Source: an uncultured Acidobacteriota bacterium (GTDB lineage Bacteria; Acidobacteriota; Blastocatellia; RBC074). Taken from it: a DNA stretch of 64,000 bases. The stretch lies in assembly GCA_963796275.1 (NCBI GenBank), contig CAWCKY010000002.1, forward strand, positions 448,001 through 512,000. The letters run 5' to 3'. The notes beneath the pieces were generated by a model. The model was not told the DNA's origin, ran no database searches, and worked only from the letters and a program-made list of their open reading frames with translations. The position numbers were made by a program, and so were the translations under genes. Positions 8,096 to 18,486 of the stretch are shown here, piece after piece; positions within the stretch are counted from its first letter, which is position 1, and each line of letters opens with the position of its first letter.

Positions 8096-11000
8096 ATGTG
8101 TTCGCACAGGTTTTCAAAGATAATATTCTCATTGGCTCTCGTGTGTTTATCGTATCATGTGGCAGGCGCACAATCTACATATGGTTCGATCGCGGGATCC
8201 GTCACCGATTCGACAGGGGCGATGATAAGCGATGCCCAGGTAACATTGACGAGCCTCGGCACATCGCAAAAACGAACTCAGATCACGGGCAGTGACGGGC
8301 TCTACTCATTCGTCAACTTGATTCCGGGCCGATATCGCCTGGAAGTTGATAAGCAAAGCTTCAGACACTTCGTCCGCGAGCCGATCATAGTTGAGGTACA
8401 GCAGAGTCTCCGTATCGATGCGGAGATGCAGGTCGGCGACTACAGTCAAACAGTAATAATCAGCTCGGAGACGCCTTTTCTGCAGCCCAACACCTCGTCG
8501 TTAGGCCAGGTTGTGGAGCAGCGAAAGGCCAACGAGCTGCCATTGAACGGGCGCAACGTATTCAATCTCGTGGGGCTGTCTCCGGCGGTGGTGCCGCAGG
8601 GACAGTCGAGCGGCACGCCTGTTGGCACCAATCCATTCGGCTGGGGCAACTATCAGATCGGCGGCTCTTTCGGCAATCAGAGCGCGGAATACCTGGACGG
8701 CCAGCCGCTCAACATCGGGTACGTCAACCTGCCGGTTCTGATTCCGACCCAGGACTCGGTACAGGAATTTAAGGTCCAGACCAATAGCCTGGGGCCGGAA
8801 TGGGGCAAATTCTCCGGCGGGGTGATTAATATCAGCACCAAATCCGGGACCAATCAGATCCATGGCCAGGCCTACGAGTATCTTCGTAACAGGGTCTTCA
8901 ACGCCAACAACTTCTTCAACAACCAGAACGCGGTCGAGAGGGCTCCCTTCACTCAGAATCAATTCGGCGCGAATGCCGGCGGGCCCGTCTACATTCCGAA
9001 ACTTTATGATGGCCGCAACAAGACCTTCTGGTTTTTCAATTGGGAAGGTTTTCGGCTGCGGCAGGGACAGACCTTCACCACTACCGTCCCGACCGATCTG
9101 ATGAAACAAGGCAACTTCTCTGAACTCCTCACGGGTCCCAATCCCCTAACGATCTTTGATCCGCGTCCGAACGGCGTGCGTGTCCCTTTCGCGGGCAATA
9201 CAATTCCGGCCGGCCAGATCGACCCGACGTCCAGGGCTCTTTTGAATCTCTGGCCAGCGCCCACTGGTCCTGGTATCGTCAACAACTATACGGTTGCTTC
9301 TAGCGTGGGTGGAAACCAGAACCAGGTCGTAACCCGCATCGACCATAATATCGGCCAAAAGCAGCGTATCTACGGCCGGTTCAGCTACTGGGATGTCCTC
9401 AACCTGCCGGTAGATCCGCTCGGAACGGGCATGTGTGTGGATCGCTGCACCGAGGTCTACTCCACCTATGCGGCGGTCATCGGTTACAACTATACTTTCA
9501 GTCCCTCCACCATCGCCGACATCAACGTTAGCGCCAGCCGGTTCAAATACAACCGGAATCCGATAAATGCGGGATTTGACCTGACGCAGATCGGCTGGCC
9601 GGCTGCTTTTAACAGCCAGGTGCCCGATGTCATGCGGACGCCACCGACACCCTGCGTACTCGGTATGACCGACAATATCATGTGCACGCAGGGCCAGAGC
9701 TTCATTCAGGATCGCAACACGCAGTTCAACCTCTCCCCCACGATGACGATGATTCGAGGTCGTCATACCTTCCAGTTCGGTGGGCAGCTCCAGATCGGCC
9801 GTGACAATTATACCCAGACCAACATCGCCAGCGGCGCTTTCGCTTTCGACAATAATTTCACGGCCAGCGCGGTCGAAAACGGCACGGGCGGATTTGGATT
9901 CGCCACCTACCTGCTCGGATTCGCCAACCGGCAGGGGAATGTCGTGAATCATTTCTTCGGCGCGGCTCAGGTTCCGGCATTTACCGCAGGTCAGCAGATA
10001 TATCGCGCCCTATTTTTCGGCGACACCTGGAAGGCGACAAGCAAGCTGACCCTCAACCTGGGTCTCCGTTATGAGCAGCAGGGACCGTGGTCGGAGCGAT
10101 TCAACAATATGTCCTACTTCAATCAGCCTTCCATCAGTGCCCTGGCCGGACCGAGTGGCATTCCTGATTTGAGGGGAGAGGTCTTTCTGGTCGAGACGGG
10201 TCCGTTCGACTCCCGGAACAACTTCAGGCTCGACAAAAAGAATTTCGCGCCGCGTATCGGGCTCGCTTACAGCATTACGCCGAAGACAGTCATCAGATCT
10301 GGATATGGAATATTCTGGATTCCGAACTATGTCTCGTTCGGCGTCAACCCGCTAAATGATTCGGTAAGCCTCGCCACCACGGTCTACGTCGGGTCGACCG
10401 ACGGAGGGAGGAACTTCGTTAACCCGATCAGCAATGCATTTCCGGATGGCATTGCTCCGCCTCCCGGGCGGAACGTCGACCTCACACAGTTTCTCTCGGG
10501 TAAGGCGCTGCAGGTGGTCGATTACGATGACCATCCCTATGGTTACGTGCAGCAGTGGAATCTGAATATCCAGCGCGAACTGCCGGCGGGATTCTTTGTC
10601 GATGCTGCTTATGCGGGATCGAAGGGAACCCATCTGCCTGCTTACAGCACGCAGATCGATCAGTTGCCGAACGAGTTCCTTTCACTGGGCCCGGGGTTGC
10701 TTGCGAACGTGCCGAATCCATTCTTCGGCGCTCTTGGTGGTAACGGCACAATCCTCGGTGGTCCGACGATCACACTGGGCCAGCGCCTACGGCCCTATCC
10801 TCAGTTTGACGGGGTGCAACTGGGCGGCCAGGGGGTCTACGACAGCAGCTACAACTCGTTCCAGCTGTCGGTGCAAAGAAGGTTCTCGGATGCGGGAAGC
10901 CTGCTCGTTGCTTACACGGTTGCGAAGCTGATCAGCAATACCGACACCATCACGACATGGCTGGAGGGCGACTCCGGTGGCGCGGGAGGAATCCAGGATA

Positions 11001-11605
11001 ACTACAACTTGCGCGGAGAACGTTCGCTCTCGTCACAAGATGTGCCTCAACGACTGATCATCAGCTACGTGCTCGATCTTCCGTTCGGAAACGGCAAGAA
11101 ATACTTATCCGGTTTGAGCGGCGTGACAGATAAGCTGGTGTCGGGGTGGGGCGTTCAGGGCGTAACATCGTTTCAGAGCGGGTTTCCATTGAAGTTCAGC
11201 GATACCAACCTGACGCAGACGTTCGGCGCGGGCGCACGGCCCAACCGCATCGCCGGTTGCGATGCGAAGCTCTCCGGCAGCTCTTCATCGAGGCTCGGTC
11301 AATGGTTCGATACCTCGTGTTTCCAGCAGGCGCCTGATTGGACTTTTGGAAGCGAATCGCGTGTAGATCCACAACTGCGTCAGCAGGGGATCAACAACTG
11401 GGACTTCGCAATCTTCAAAACGACGTCATTCGGCCCCGACGGTAGGCTTGGTGTTCAGTTCCGGACTGAATTCTTCAATATCTTCAACCGCGTTACGTTC
11501 GGTCCGCCAACCACGAATATCTCGGACCTAACGAACTTTGGAATCGTGAACAGTCAAATAAACAATCCGCGACTCGTCCAGTTCGGATTGAAGTTCATAT
11601 TCTGA
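8096..11605 (+). CDS. Oar-type TonB-dependent receptor with carboxypeptidase-regulatory-like N-domain
   Basis: AGGAGGAGG RBS; signal peptide; ELPLNGRN, KSGTNQIHG, FAPRIGLAY, QQWNL, C-terminal QFGLKFIF. Confidence 0.93.
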   Translation: MCSHRFSKIIFSLALVCLSYHVAGAQSTYGSIAGSVTDSTGAMISDAQVTLTSLGTSQKRTQITGSDGLYSFVNLIPGRYRLEVDKQSFRHFVREPIIVEVQQSLRIDAEMQVGDYSQTVIISSETPFLQPNTSSLGQVVEQRKANELPLNGRNVFNLVGLSPAVVPQGQSSGTPVGTNPFGWGNYQIGGSFGNQSAEYLDGQPLNIGYVNLPVLIPTQDSVQEFKVQTNSLGPEWGKFSGGVINISTKSGTNQIHGQAYEYLRNRVFNANNFFNNQNAVERAPFTQNQFGANAGGPVYIPKLYDGRNKTFWFFNWEGFRLRQGQTFTTTVPTDLMKQGNFSELLTGPNPLTIFDPRPNGVRVPFAGNTIPAGQIDPTSRALLNLWPAPTGPGIVNNYTVASSVGGNQNQVVTRIDHNIGQKQRIYGRFSYWDVLNLPVDPLGTGMCVDRCTEVYSTYAAVIGYNYTFSPSTIADINVSASRFKYNRNPINAGFDLTQIGWPAAFNSQVPDVMRTPPTPCVLGMTDNIMCTQGQSFIQDRNTQFNLSPTMTMIRGRHTFQFGGQLQIGRDNYTQTNIASGAFAFDNNFTASAVENGTGGFGFATYLLGFANRQGNVVNHFFGAAQVPAFTAGQQIYRALFFGDTWKATSKLTLNLGLRYEQQGPWSERFNNMSYFNQPSISALAGPSGIPDLRGEVFLVETGPFDSRNNFRLDKKNFAPRIGLAYSITPKTVIRSGYGIFWIPNYVSFGVNPLNDSVSLATTVYVGSTDGGRNFVNPISNAFPDGIAPPPGRNVDLTQFLSGKALQVVDYDDHPYGYVQQWNLNIQRELPAGFFVDAAYAGSKGTHLPAYSTQIDQLPNEFLSLGPGLLANVPNPFFGALGGNGTILGGPTITLGQRLRPYPQFDGVQLGGQGVYDSSYNSFQLSVQRRFSDAGSLLVAYTVAKLISNTDTITTWLEGDSGGAGGIQDNYNLRGERSLSSQDVPQRLIISYVLDLPFGNGKKYLSGLSGVTDKLVSGWGVQGVTSFQSGFPLKFSDTNLTQTFGAGARPNRIAGCDAKLSGSSSSRLGQWFDTSCFQQAPDWTFGSESRVDPQLRQQGINNWDFAIFKTTSFGPDGRLGVQFRTEFFNIFNRVTFGPPTTNISDLTNFGIVNSQINNPRLVQFGLKFIF

Positions 11606-11639
11606 TCGCCGTTGTGTTTTACGCATCGGCCTGCCAATT

Positions 11640-11686
11640 AACCACGGTAACACGGTGAAACTGAATCCCCGCGTTACCGTGGTTTT
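11640..11686 (+). terminator. Probable intrinsic terminator
   Basis: AACCACGGTAAC...GTTACCGTGGTT stem followed by a short T-run. Confidence 0.6.
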
Positions 11687-11839
11687 CTCTATCACCAATT
11701 AGATCGTCCCTCCGAGCCGAGGCGAGTGGGGTGTCTGAAACGCTCGCCAATCATCTCTTACGATCTCCCTGCCCCCCGTGAGTCCCAGATCGTCAGTCCT
11801 GAAACGACATCCAACCAAGTTGAATGACTCGTCGCCATC

Positions 11840-12064
11840 CTAGCTTTCCCTCGCGATTTCGCAGCGTTCCCTCCGGGATGAGTAGATCGCTAACACGGCG
11901 ACTACCGAATTAGCAGCGACTACCGGCGCGGCCTCGATGATCAGGCCATACCCGATCCACATCAGCGCGGCCAGCGCCTGCAGGCGACGCAATGTTGCCG
12001 GTTGCTTACAAAAGTATGAGCTCGCAAAAACAACAGTGGCAACCCATCCTATCATCTCAAACAT
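11840..12064 (-). CDS. Small 3-TM membrane protein (YgjV-like/PQ-loop-like)
   Basis: 74 aa: IGWVATVVFASSY...LRRLQALAALMWIGYGLII...PVVAAN; AGGGAGG RBS. Confidence 0.75.
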   Translation of the reverse strand: MFEMIGWVATVVFASSYFCKQPATLRRLQALAALMWIGYGLIIEAAPVVAANSVVAVLAIYSSRRERCEIARES

Positions 12065-12122
12065 CGGCTGCCTCCCTGGACGGTAAACTCATCTTTCGAA
12101 GACACAATAATTTCTTCTTCAT
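12057..12122 (-). CDS. Putative 21-aa leader/small ORF overlapping the membrane-protein start
   Basis: GGAGAGGGAGAG purine tract before ATG; MKKKLLCLRKMSLPSREAADV*; stop overlaps next start (ATGTTTGA). Confidence 0.35.
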   Translation of the reverse strand: MKKKLLCLRKMSLPSREAADV

Positions 12123-12160
12123 CTTCACTCTCCCTCTCCGTGAGCCCGTTCTTATCGACA

Positions 12161-12262
12161 GACTACTAGTAGACAATTCGCATATGCTATGCAACATACG
12201 ATCGAATGCGAGCATATCAAGACATATATCAGATTGCAAAGCTGACATGAAGTTGATATAAC
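12161..12262. promoter_or_regulatory. Candidate GntR-family operators in divergent promoter
   Basis: Near-palindromes GACTACTAGTAGAC (12161-12174) and GTTGATATAAC (12252-12262), GT...AC type. Confidence 0.4.
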
Positions 12263-12273
12263 AGGTTTTATCT

Positions 12274-13395
12274 ATGGCCGGCGTAGACTCGAACAAACCA
12301 CTATATCTGACTATCTTCGAGCGATTGTGTCATGACATCGCGGCCGGCCGTTACAAACCAGGTCAGAGATTCCCGAGCGAAGCAGCGCTGGTGAAGCGAT
12401 TTAACGTGTCACGCATCACGGTCACGCGGGCGGTACGCGAGCTTCAGCAGCGCGGGCTGGTAGATCGAATCGCGGGATCAGGCACATATGTCCGCGATCC
12501 CGTACGGCGCCCACGCGAGAACCTGCTCTTCGGTCTAATCATCCCGAACCTCGGCGATGCCGAGATATTCGGGCCGATCTGCCAGGGGATCGCCGCTTCG
12601 CCGGATGCAAGCGGACATGGACTTCTATGGGGCCATGCGGACTCAAGATCGTTGAGCAAGGAAGAGCAAGCGCTACAGCTTTGCCATCAGTGCATCGCGC
12701 GAGCCGTCTCCGGCGTTTTCTTTGCGCCTCTGGAACTGAGCGCGCTGAGCGATGAAGTAAATCGACGAGTGATGAAATTGCTCAAAAAGGCCGGAATTCC
12801 GGTTGTTTTCCTCGATCGTCGCCCGGAAGAGGAATCATCCGGTCGCGCGCGCTGCGATCTGGTCGGCATCGATAACCACCGCGCGGGATACCTCGCGGCT
12901 GAGCATCTTTTGCGGCTAGGCGCGCGCCGCATCGGTTTCATCGCGTATGAGCGACAGGCTTCGACGGTGAAAGCGCGCATCAGAGGATACCAGGACGCGC
13001 TATCAGCTAATACCAGAGGCGCGACCGGGAAACGCGTCTTTATCGTGCGACCGGGCGATCGTCTCGAATTGACCTCGACATCGCGTGAATGCGATGCGTT
13101 CGTTTGTGCCAACGATCGGGTCGCCGGAAAACTGATGCATGCTCTTCTCGGTCAGGGTATCCGTATCCCTCAGGATGTGCGGTTGGTAGGGATTGACGAT
13201 GCCGGCTATGCGGATCTGCTTCCGGTGCCGCTCACAACAGTCCATCAGCCCTGCCGCGATATCGGTGAGACTGCTCTTCGTATAATGCTTGAACGACTGG
13301 ATCGGCCGCAGATGGCAGCCCGCGACATCCTGCTAAGCTGCGAGTTGGTCGTACGGGAATCTTGCGGAACCAAAAAACGTCTTCCATCTGCTTGA
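12274..13395 (+). CDS. GntR wHTH + LacI-type sugar-binding domain regulator (AraR-like architecture)
   Basis: PSEAALVKRFNVSRITVTRAV...GSGTYV; FVCAND, VGIDD, PLTTVHQP, LVVRESC. Confidence 0.92.
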   Translation: MAGVDSNKPLYLTIFERLCHDIAAGRYKPGQRFPSEAALVKRFNVSRITVTRAVRELQQRGLVDRIAGSGTYVRDPVRRPRENLLFGLIIPNLGDAEIFGPICQGIAASPDASGHGLLWGHADSRSLSKEEQALQLCHQCIARAVSGVFFAPLELSALSDEVNRRVMKLLKKAGIPVVFLDRRPEEESSGRARCDLVGIDNHRAGYLAAEHLLRLGARRIGFIAYERQASTVKARIRGYQDALSANTRGATGKRVFIVRPGDRLELTSTSRECDAFVCANDRVAGKLMHALLGQGIRIPQDVRLVGIDDAGYADLLPVPLTTVHQPCRDIGETALRIMLERLDRPQMAARDILLSCELVVRESCGTKKRLPSA

Positions 13396-13465
13396 TATTT
13401 GTCATTCGACAATTCTCATTGGAAAGATATTCGATCGAGCGGTATAGTTTCCCTGGAGGTGAGCG

Positions 13466-13864
13466 ATGTCGATTCGCTTAGATCACACTATCGTACCGGC
13501 GAAAGACAAGGTGGCTTCAGCCAGGTTCTTCGCCGAAATCTTCGGCCTGTCGGTAAAACTCGGATACTTCGCGCAAGTGCAAATCAACGAGAGCCTGACT
13601 TTTGACTTCGCCGACGAGTCGGAAACATCGGGTGAATCTGCCGTAGTGCAGATACCTAGCCATCATTACGCCTTCCATGTCAGCGACGCAGAGTTCGATG
13701 CCATCTTTGACCGGGTGAAGACCAAGGGTCTCTCTTACGGGAGCGGCCCGTTCAACAGCACTGACGGCCAGATATACAGCCGCCGCGGCGGGCGTGGCTT
13801 CTACTTCGAGGATCCTAACGGCCACTTGCTGGAAGTAATGACAGTACCGGAGACGGGGAGCTAG
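13466..13864 (+). CDS. VOC family (glyoxalase/bleomycin resistance) protein
   Basis: LDHTIV, HHYAFHV, GGRGFYFEDPNGHLLEVMT; GGAGGTGA RBS. Confidence 0.9.
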   Translation: MSIRLDHTIVPAKDKVASARFFAEIFGLSVKLGYFAQVQINESLTFDFADESETSGESAVVQIPSHHYAFHVSDAEFDAIFDRVKTKGLSYGSGPFNSTDGQIYSRRGGRGFYFEDPNGHLLEVMTVPETGS

Positions 13865-14053
13865 ATGCGTTTTACAGAACGGTCGGTAGAGCGGGGGCGA
13901 ATATCGCATTTACCCGCGAGGATATGCTGGTCAGGAGCCAGCCATCGTTCTGATGCATGCTGAGGGCTGACTAAACTACCGTCTGAGGCTCTGCCGCCCG
14001 ATGTGCGGAAGACCAGATGTAACCGCTTCATCAGGCGGCGAATACCAGATTCC

Positions 14054-14887
14054 CTACCCCTTAATGAAAGCAAGCAAATCCGCGTTGATCCGATCCTTTT
14101 CAGTGGCGGTTATTCCATGCGCACCGCCGGGATAGATTTTGAACACGGAGTTCTTTACGATCTTGGAAGAGAGCATTCCAGCGGCGCCGATCGGCACAAT
14201 CTGGTCGTCATCCCCGTGAATGATGAGTGTGGGCACATCGAATTTCTTCAGGTCTTCGGTTTGGTCCGTCTCGGAAAACGCTTTGATGCACTCGTAGACG
14301 TTTTTGAAGCCGGCCATCATACTCTGGAGCCAGAACGAGTCTCGCAGACCCTGCGATACCTTGGCGCCCGGCCGGTTGGCACCATAAAACGGCGCACTAA
14401 AATCTCTGAAGTATTGCGATCGGTCGGCTTGCATGCCTGCCCGTATATCGTCAAAAACCTCTATCGGCAGGCCTCCCGGGTTGGCGGGCGTTTTCAGCAT
14501 CAACGGCGGAATCGCACCGATCAACACGGCCTTGGCTACCCGTTTTGTGCCGTTGCGGCCAATATAGCGGGCGACTTCTCCCCCACCCGTGGAATGTCCG
14601 ATGTGAACCGCTCCCTTCAAATCGAGCGCTTCGACTAGTTTGGCCAGGTCAGCGGCGTAAGTGTCCATGTCATTGCCGCCCGAGGGCTGGGTCGAACGGC
14701 CGTGTCCGCGACGGTCGTGGGCGATGCAGCGATAGCCTTGGGACGCCAAATAGATCATCTGGTCATCCCATGCATCTGCGCTGAGCGGCCAGCCGTGGCT
14801 GAAGACCACGGGCTGTCCGTTGCCCCAGTCCTTGTAGTAAATATTGATATCATCCGAATTTTCTTTACCGACACTGATATATGGCAT
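14054..14887 (-). CDS. cpo: Non-heme chloroperoxidase/perhydrolase (alpha/beta hydrolase)
   Basis: [42 protein letters not shown]; AAGGAG RBS before 14887. Confidence 0.9.
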   Translation of the reverse strand: MPYISVGKENSDDINIYYKDWGNGQPVVFSHGWPLSADAWDDQMIYLASQGYRCIAHDRRGHGRSTQPSGGNDMDTYAADLAKLVEALDLKGAVHIGHSTGGGEVARYIGRNGTKRVAKAVLIGAIPPLMLKTPANPGGLPIEVFDDIRAGMQADRSQYFRDFSAPFYGANRPGAKVSQGLRDSFWLQSMMAGFKNVYECIKAFSETDQTEDLKKFDVPTLIIHGDDDQIVPIGAAGMLSSKIVKNSVFKIYPGGAHGITATEKDRINADLLAFIKG

Positions 14888-14966
14888 TTGAGATACTCCT
14901 TTCAAATTCCACTGGAATTATTTGGTTTCAATCACCCGTACGCAGATTATTGGATGGTATGCCGGC

Positions 14967-15431
14967 TCATCGAAGCGCGATTCCGATCCACAATGCTGCG
15001 CCAATAGCTATCGCGTCCTCTATCAAAGCGGCGGGGCGATCGGATCCGAATACTCTCGCGAGCCGTGAGCGGAAAGCGCGTCCTCCGAGAGTCCCGATGA
15101 TCGCGCCGATTATTCCCGCCAGCAGTCCGGGAATCATCAACCCTTGATCAGTTCCAACCGCGGCTCCGGAAAGCGCACCCGTAACGATGCGAGTACCGAA
15201 CTGAACCGGCACCGTGCGACTGGGAGTGGACGGGAGTTGATCCGTGACCAGCTCAAGGAGCGCAAGCAAAGTCAGTATCCACCGAGCCCATGCATTGCCT
15301 AGAAAAGAGAGGAATGTCTCGCTCAGATCGAGCCATCCGAGATACGCTGCCCAGCTAACCATCGCCGGTGCTGTAATCGCTCGCAATCCAGCGACAAAAC
15401 CGACCAGTAGCGCGAGTAGATAGATAGTCAT
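14967..15431 (-). CDS. DUF4126-like membrane protein
   Basis: GLRAITAPA, ELVTDQLPSTPSRT, ALIEDAIAIG. Confidence 0.8.
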   Translation of the reverse strand: MTIYLLALLVGFVAGLRAITAPAMVSWAAYLGWLDLSETFLSFLGNAWARWILTLLALLELVTDQLPSTPSRTVPVQFGTRIVTGALSGAAVGTDQGLMIPGLLAGIIGAIIGTLGGRAFRSRLARVFGSDRPAALIEDAIAIGAALWIGIALR

Positions 15432-15567
15432 GCTTCGATACTCCCTCCTATTCCTTCCCCCTAACGTACACCAATAAAGCCGGTATCTTATGACGCGTCC
15501 GACAACGAGATTGATTCGTTCCGCCCGAATCGGAACCTTGCTGAATTCGATGGAGGTGACTGTTCTT

Positions 15568-15717
15568 ATGCGGGAGCCAAAATACAGAGCAGAATACAGA
15601 AGGCTTGAGGAAAGTAACCCGGATATGGGCGAATCCCAGCAACTATATCACGAGCGAATTATCATCCTCACCGCTCGATCAATTCCGATCACATCCGGCC
15701 TCGGCCATCACGATTAG
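15568..15717 (+). CDS. Hypothetical small protein (49 aa)
   Basis: GGAGGTGA SD 8 nt before ATG in an otherwise empty gap; no recognisable motif. Confidence 0.3.
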   Translation: MREPKYRAEYRRLEESNPDMGESQQLYHERIIILTARSIPITSGLGHHD

Positions 15718-15923
15718 TATAGACTTAATCCCAAGCAAGCATCTAGTGGGAATGAGGTGAATTGCGCAGATACAAATAAAACGATGCTGTGGTATCTTGT
15801 GCACCTCTATTTCTGAGGGGCCCCTGAAACAATAATGTGTCTTGGAGCGCATCGCGCGCCGGATTCCGATCTTGGCGCAGGCGAGCAGGCGGGAGCGTTC
15901 CCAAGATACACAGAGGAACGATA

Positions 15924-16310
15924 ATGAAGAGATACATATTGGTAGCTATTTTTTGCGCGGGAATAGTGGTTGGAATTACGGGTGGAGTGGGAGCGACGCT
16001 ATATTTCGGCAAAATAACCTCTGCCGCAGAAAAGAACAGCAGCAAGATCATCCTTGAAAATGACAAGGTCCGAGTCAAAGAAGCGATCTTCGTGCCCGGC
16101 GATAATAAACCGGGGATGCACACGCACGAATATCCGCACGTGGGCGTATCGATTGATGGGGGAAAGTTAAAGTTTAACTATCCGGACGGGAAGACCGAAA
16201 CTTTAGATTTAAAACCCGGCGGCGCGGGATACCGTGAAGCGAATGTCACGCATGAAGCGGTTAACATCGGGAATAAACCGGTTCGGGTGATCGAGGTTGA
16301 GATCAAATAA
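15924..16310 (+). CDS. Secreted cupin-domain protein
   Basis: GAGGA RBS; signal peptide; [38 protein letters not shown]. Confidence 0.85.
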   Translation: MKRYILVAIFCAGIVVGITGGVGATLYFGKITSAAEKNSSKIILENDKVRVKEAIFVPGDNKPGMHTHEYPHVGVSIDGGKLKFNYPDGKTETLDLKPGGAGYREANVTHEAVNIGNKPVRVIEVEIK

Positions 16311-16345
16311 TCATCGCGGATGCCGTTATCCCGATATGATACTAC

Positions 16346-17254
16346 TCACTTTTGCGCTCTCAGGAAGATTCCCTGCTCGAGTTCCTCGAACGCCTGCCGG
16401 AGTTGTTCCTGAGTGTTCATGACAATCGGCCCATACCAGGCAACAGGCTCTTGAAGAGGTTTACCGGAAACCAGAAGGAACCGAATTCCATCGTCACCGG
16501 CTTGCACAACTATCTCATCGCCGCTGCCGAATAGTAAGAGCGAGCGGTTCTCTGATTCGGTAGGAGGGGTTGTATCCAACCACCCAACGCCTTCGGTCGG
16601 CACAGCGAGTGGTCCTGAAGCATTGCAGAACTTACCGTTCCCAGCGAAGACATAGGCGAACGCATGGCGCGATGTTTCAACCGGTAGAATCTTTCTCTTT
16701 CCGGGAGGAATGGAAATATCGAGATAGATCGGATCCGCGGCGATCCCGTTCACCGGTCCGGTCGCTCCCCAAAAGTTCCCGCAGACGATGCGGGCGCTGG
16801 TTCCGTCATCATCCGTAACAACAGGGATGTCATGCGCCTTCACATCCTGGTAGCGAGGCGCGGTCATTTTGAGCGATGAGGGGAGGTTCGCCCATAATTG
16901 GAATCCGTGCATCCTGCCGGCCTGGTCTCCCTTCGGCATCTCCTGGTGGATGATCCCGCTCCCCGCCGTCATCCATTGTACGTCCCCTGCGGCTATCGAT
17001 CCGCGATTTCCCAAACTATCCCCGTGGTCGACAGTCCCCGCCAGGACATAAGTGATTGTCTCTATCCCCCGATGAGGATGCCAGGGGAAGCCGGCCAGGT
17101 AATCCTCCGGTATATCGTTGCGAAAGTCATCGAGTAACAGGAACGGATCGAACTCAGACGTGTTGCCGAACCCAAATGCGCGGCGCAAATGTACGCCCGC
17201 GCCTTCGATGGTCGGCTTGGACTTGCTAAGCCGTTTAATGGGTCGAATGGACAT
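16346..17254 (-). CDS. Pirin family protein
   Basis: DPFLLLDDF, GFPWHPHRGIETITY, QWMTAGSGIIHQEMP, YGPIVMNT; start set at MSIRP after an RBS. Confidence 0.93.
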   Translation of the reverse strand: MSIRPIKRLSKSKPTIEGAGVHLRRAFGFGNTSEFDPFLLLDDFRNDIPEDYLAGFPWHPHRGIETITYVLAGTVDHGDSLGNRGSIAAGDVQWMTAGSGIIHQEMPKGDQAGRMHGFQLWANLPSSLKMTAPRYQDVKAHDIPVVTDDDGTSARIVCGNFWGATGPVNGIAADPIYLDISIPPGKRKILPVETSRHAFAYVFAGNGKFCNASGPLAVPTEGVGWLDTTPPTESENRSLLLFGSGDEIVVQAGDDGIRFLLVSGKPLQEPVAWYGPIVMNTQEQLRQAFEELEQGIFLRAQK

Positions 17255-17653
17255 GTGGCCTTCTTCTCCTGCGATCAATACATATCGTTGAAAGCTGATT
17301 ATTGTATTTTGCCGAGCAGCGCTCTTGATTTTAGCCCGGCCCTTAACTCTTGTCATGTCACCCAGACTGGGCTGTCCGAGTACTCAACGTTTGTTCACAG
17401 ATTAAACAACACCAGCTTCTTGACGGGGGACAGTTCGATTCCTCTCTTCAAATACTCTGGAATAATGAACCCTTCATCAACGTTATACGAATCGAAGCAG
17501 CGAGGTGCTCCGGAGAAGGCCGGATGTTTATCGGCCTCAAGCTCCGGGGCGACCTGTGGGGAGGAAATTTGCGTAGTCCTGACAGGTGTTATGTGGCCGG
17601 AGCGCGCCTCCGCCGCTTACTTCCGAGACAATCGATTCCGGTAAACCACTTAC

Positions 17654-18394
17654 TCAAAACCGGAAGGTCACTCCGATCTGAACAGAAATGATGTCCGTTC
17701 TCGAAGAGAAGACGTCATATATGACTTGCCCGTTCTCCTCGCGGATAGAGCCTTTCTTTAAGTACTCGCCTCGAGACCCTCTTAAATAACGAACATTTCC
17801 GTCCAACAGGATTGCTCGCTCGCCTTTCTGTGATAGGGGAATCTGTACACCGCCTCCGAATCCATAACTGAACGTCGTGTCGCTCAAATCGGTGGTGCTG
17901 GCGATCTCCATACCATCAGCATCGTTTGAGATCGAGGTTCTGGTAAACAGATGTTTCAACCCAATCAGTCCGTCGGCGTAAGGGCGGATCGAGCCGGTTC
18001 GGGGTTGGATCCGCAACACGGAATGTGCGAGGAGTATGTTGTTGCTGGTGCGAACTCTGACCTCCACGTTGGGAATGGTGGTACTGAACGGCTCAAAGCG
18101 GGTATCGGAACCGTATATAACAACTCCGGCATCACCACCCACCAGAAAAGGGCTGGGACCAAGTCGTACGAGAAATTGACCGCCACCGCCATATCCATTA
18201 TTGGTGATGTTCTCCTTTAACTCGCCGCGCGGGATGACGGTCGTAAAATAAACACCGGCCTGATACTCTTGCCCACTTACGGTTGTTGCCCCGCCCATCC
18301 ATATAGTCAGAAGGATGATAGAAGCCGTCACGACTAGATTGTCGGCGGTTACATGGAGTCTGGTGGTTTTATAGCGATTCTGAAAATGTACCAT
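17654..18394 (-). CDS. Outer-membrane beta-barrel protein
   Basis: Signal-like N-terminus, alternating beta strands (IRPYADGLIG, YGFGGGVQI), C-terminal IGVTFRF. Confidence 0.75.
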   Translation of the reverse strand: MVHFQNRYKTTRLHVTADNLVVTASIILLTIWMGGATTVSGQEYQAGVYFTTVIPRGELKENITNNGYGGGGQFLVRLGPSPFLVGGDAGVVIYGSDTRFEPFSTTIPNVEVRVRTSNNILLAHSVLRIQPRTGSIRPYADGLIGLKHLFTRTSISNDADGMEIASTTDLSDTTFSYGFGGGVQIPLSQKGERAILLDGNVRYLRGSRGEYLKKGSIREENGQVIYDVFSSRTDIISVQIGVTFRF

Positions 18395-18486
18395 TTCCCC
18401 TCCTACTAGTGTAATGAAAACGGCATCATTCTATTCAGTCTCGCATGCCTTTCATGACAGCTTCGAACAGACAGGCTCGCGCATAT

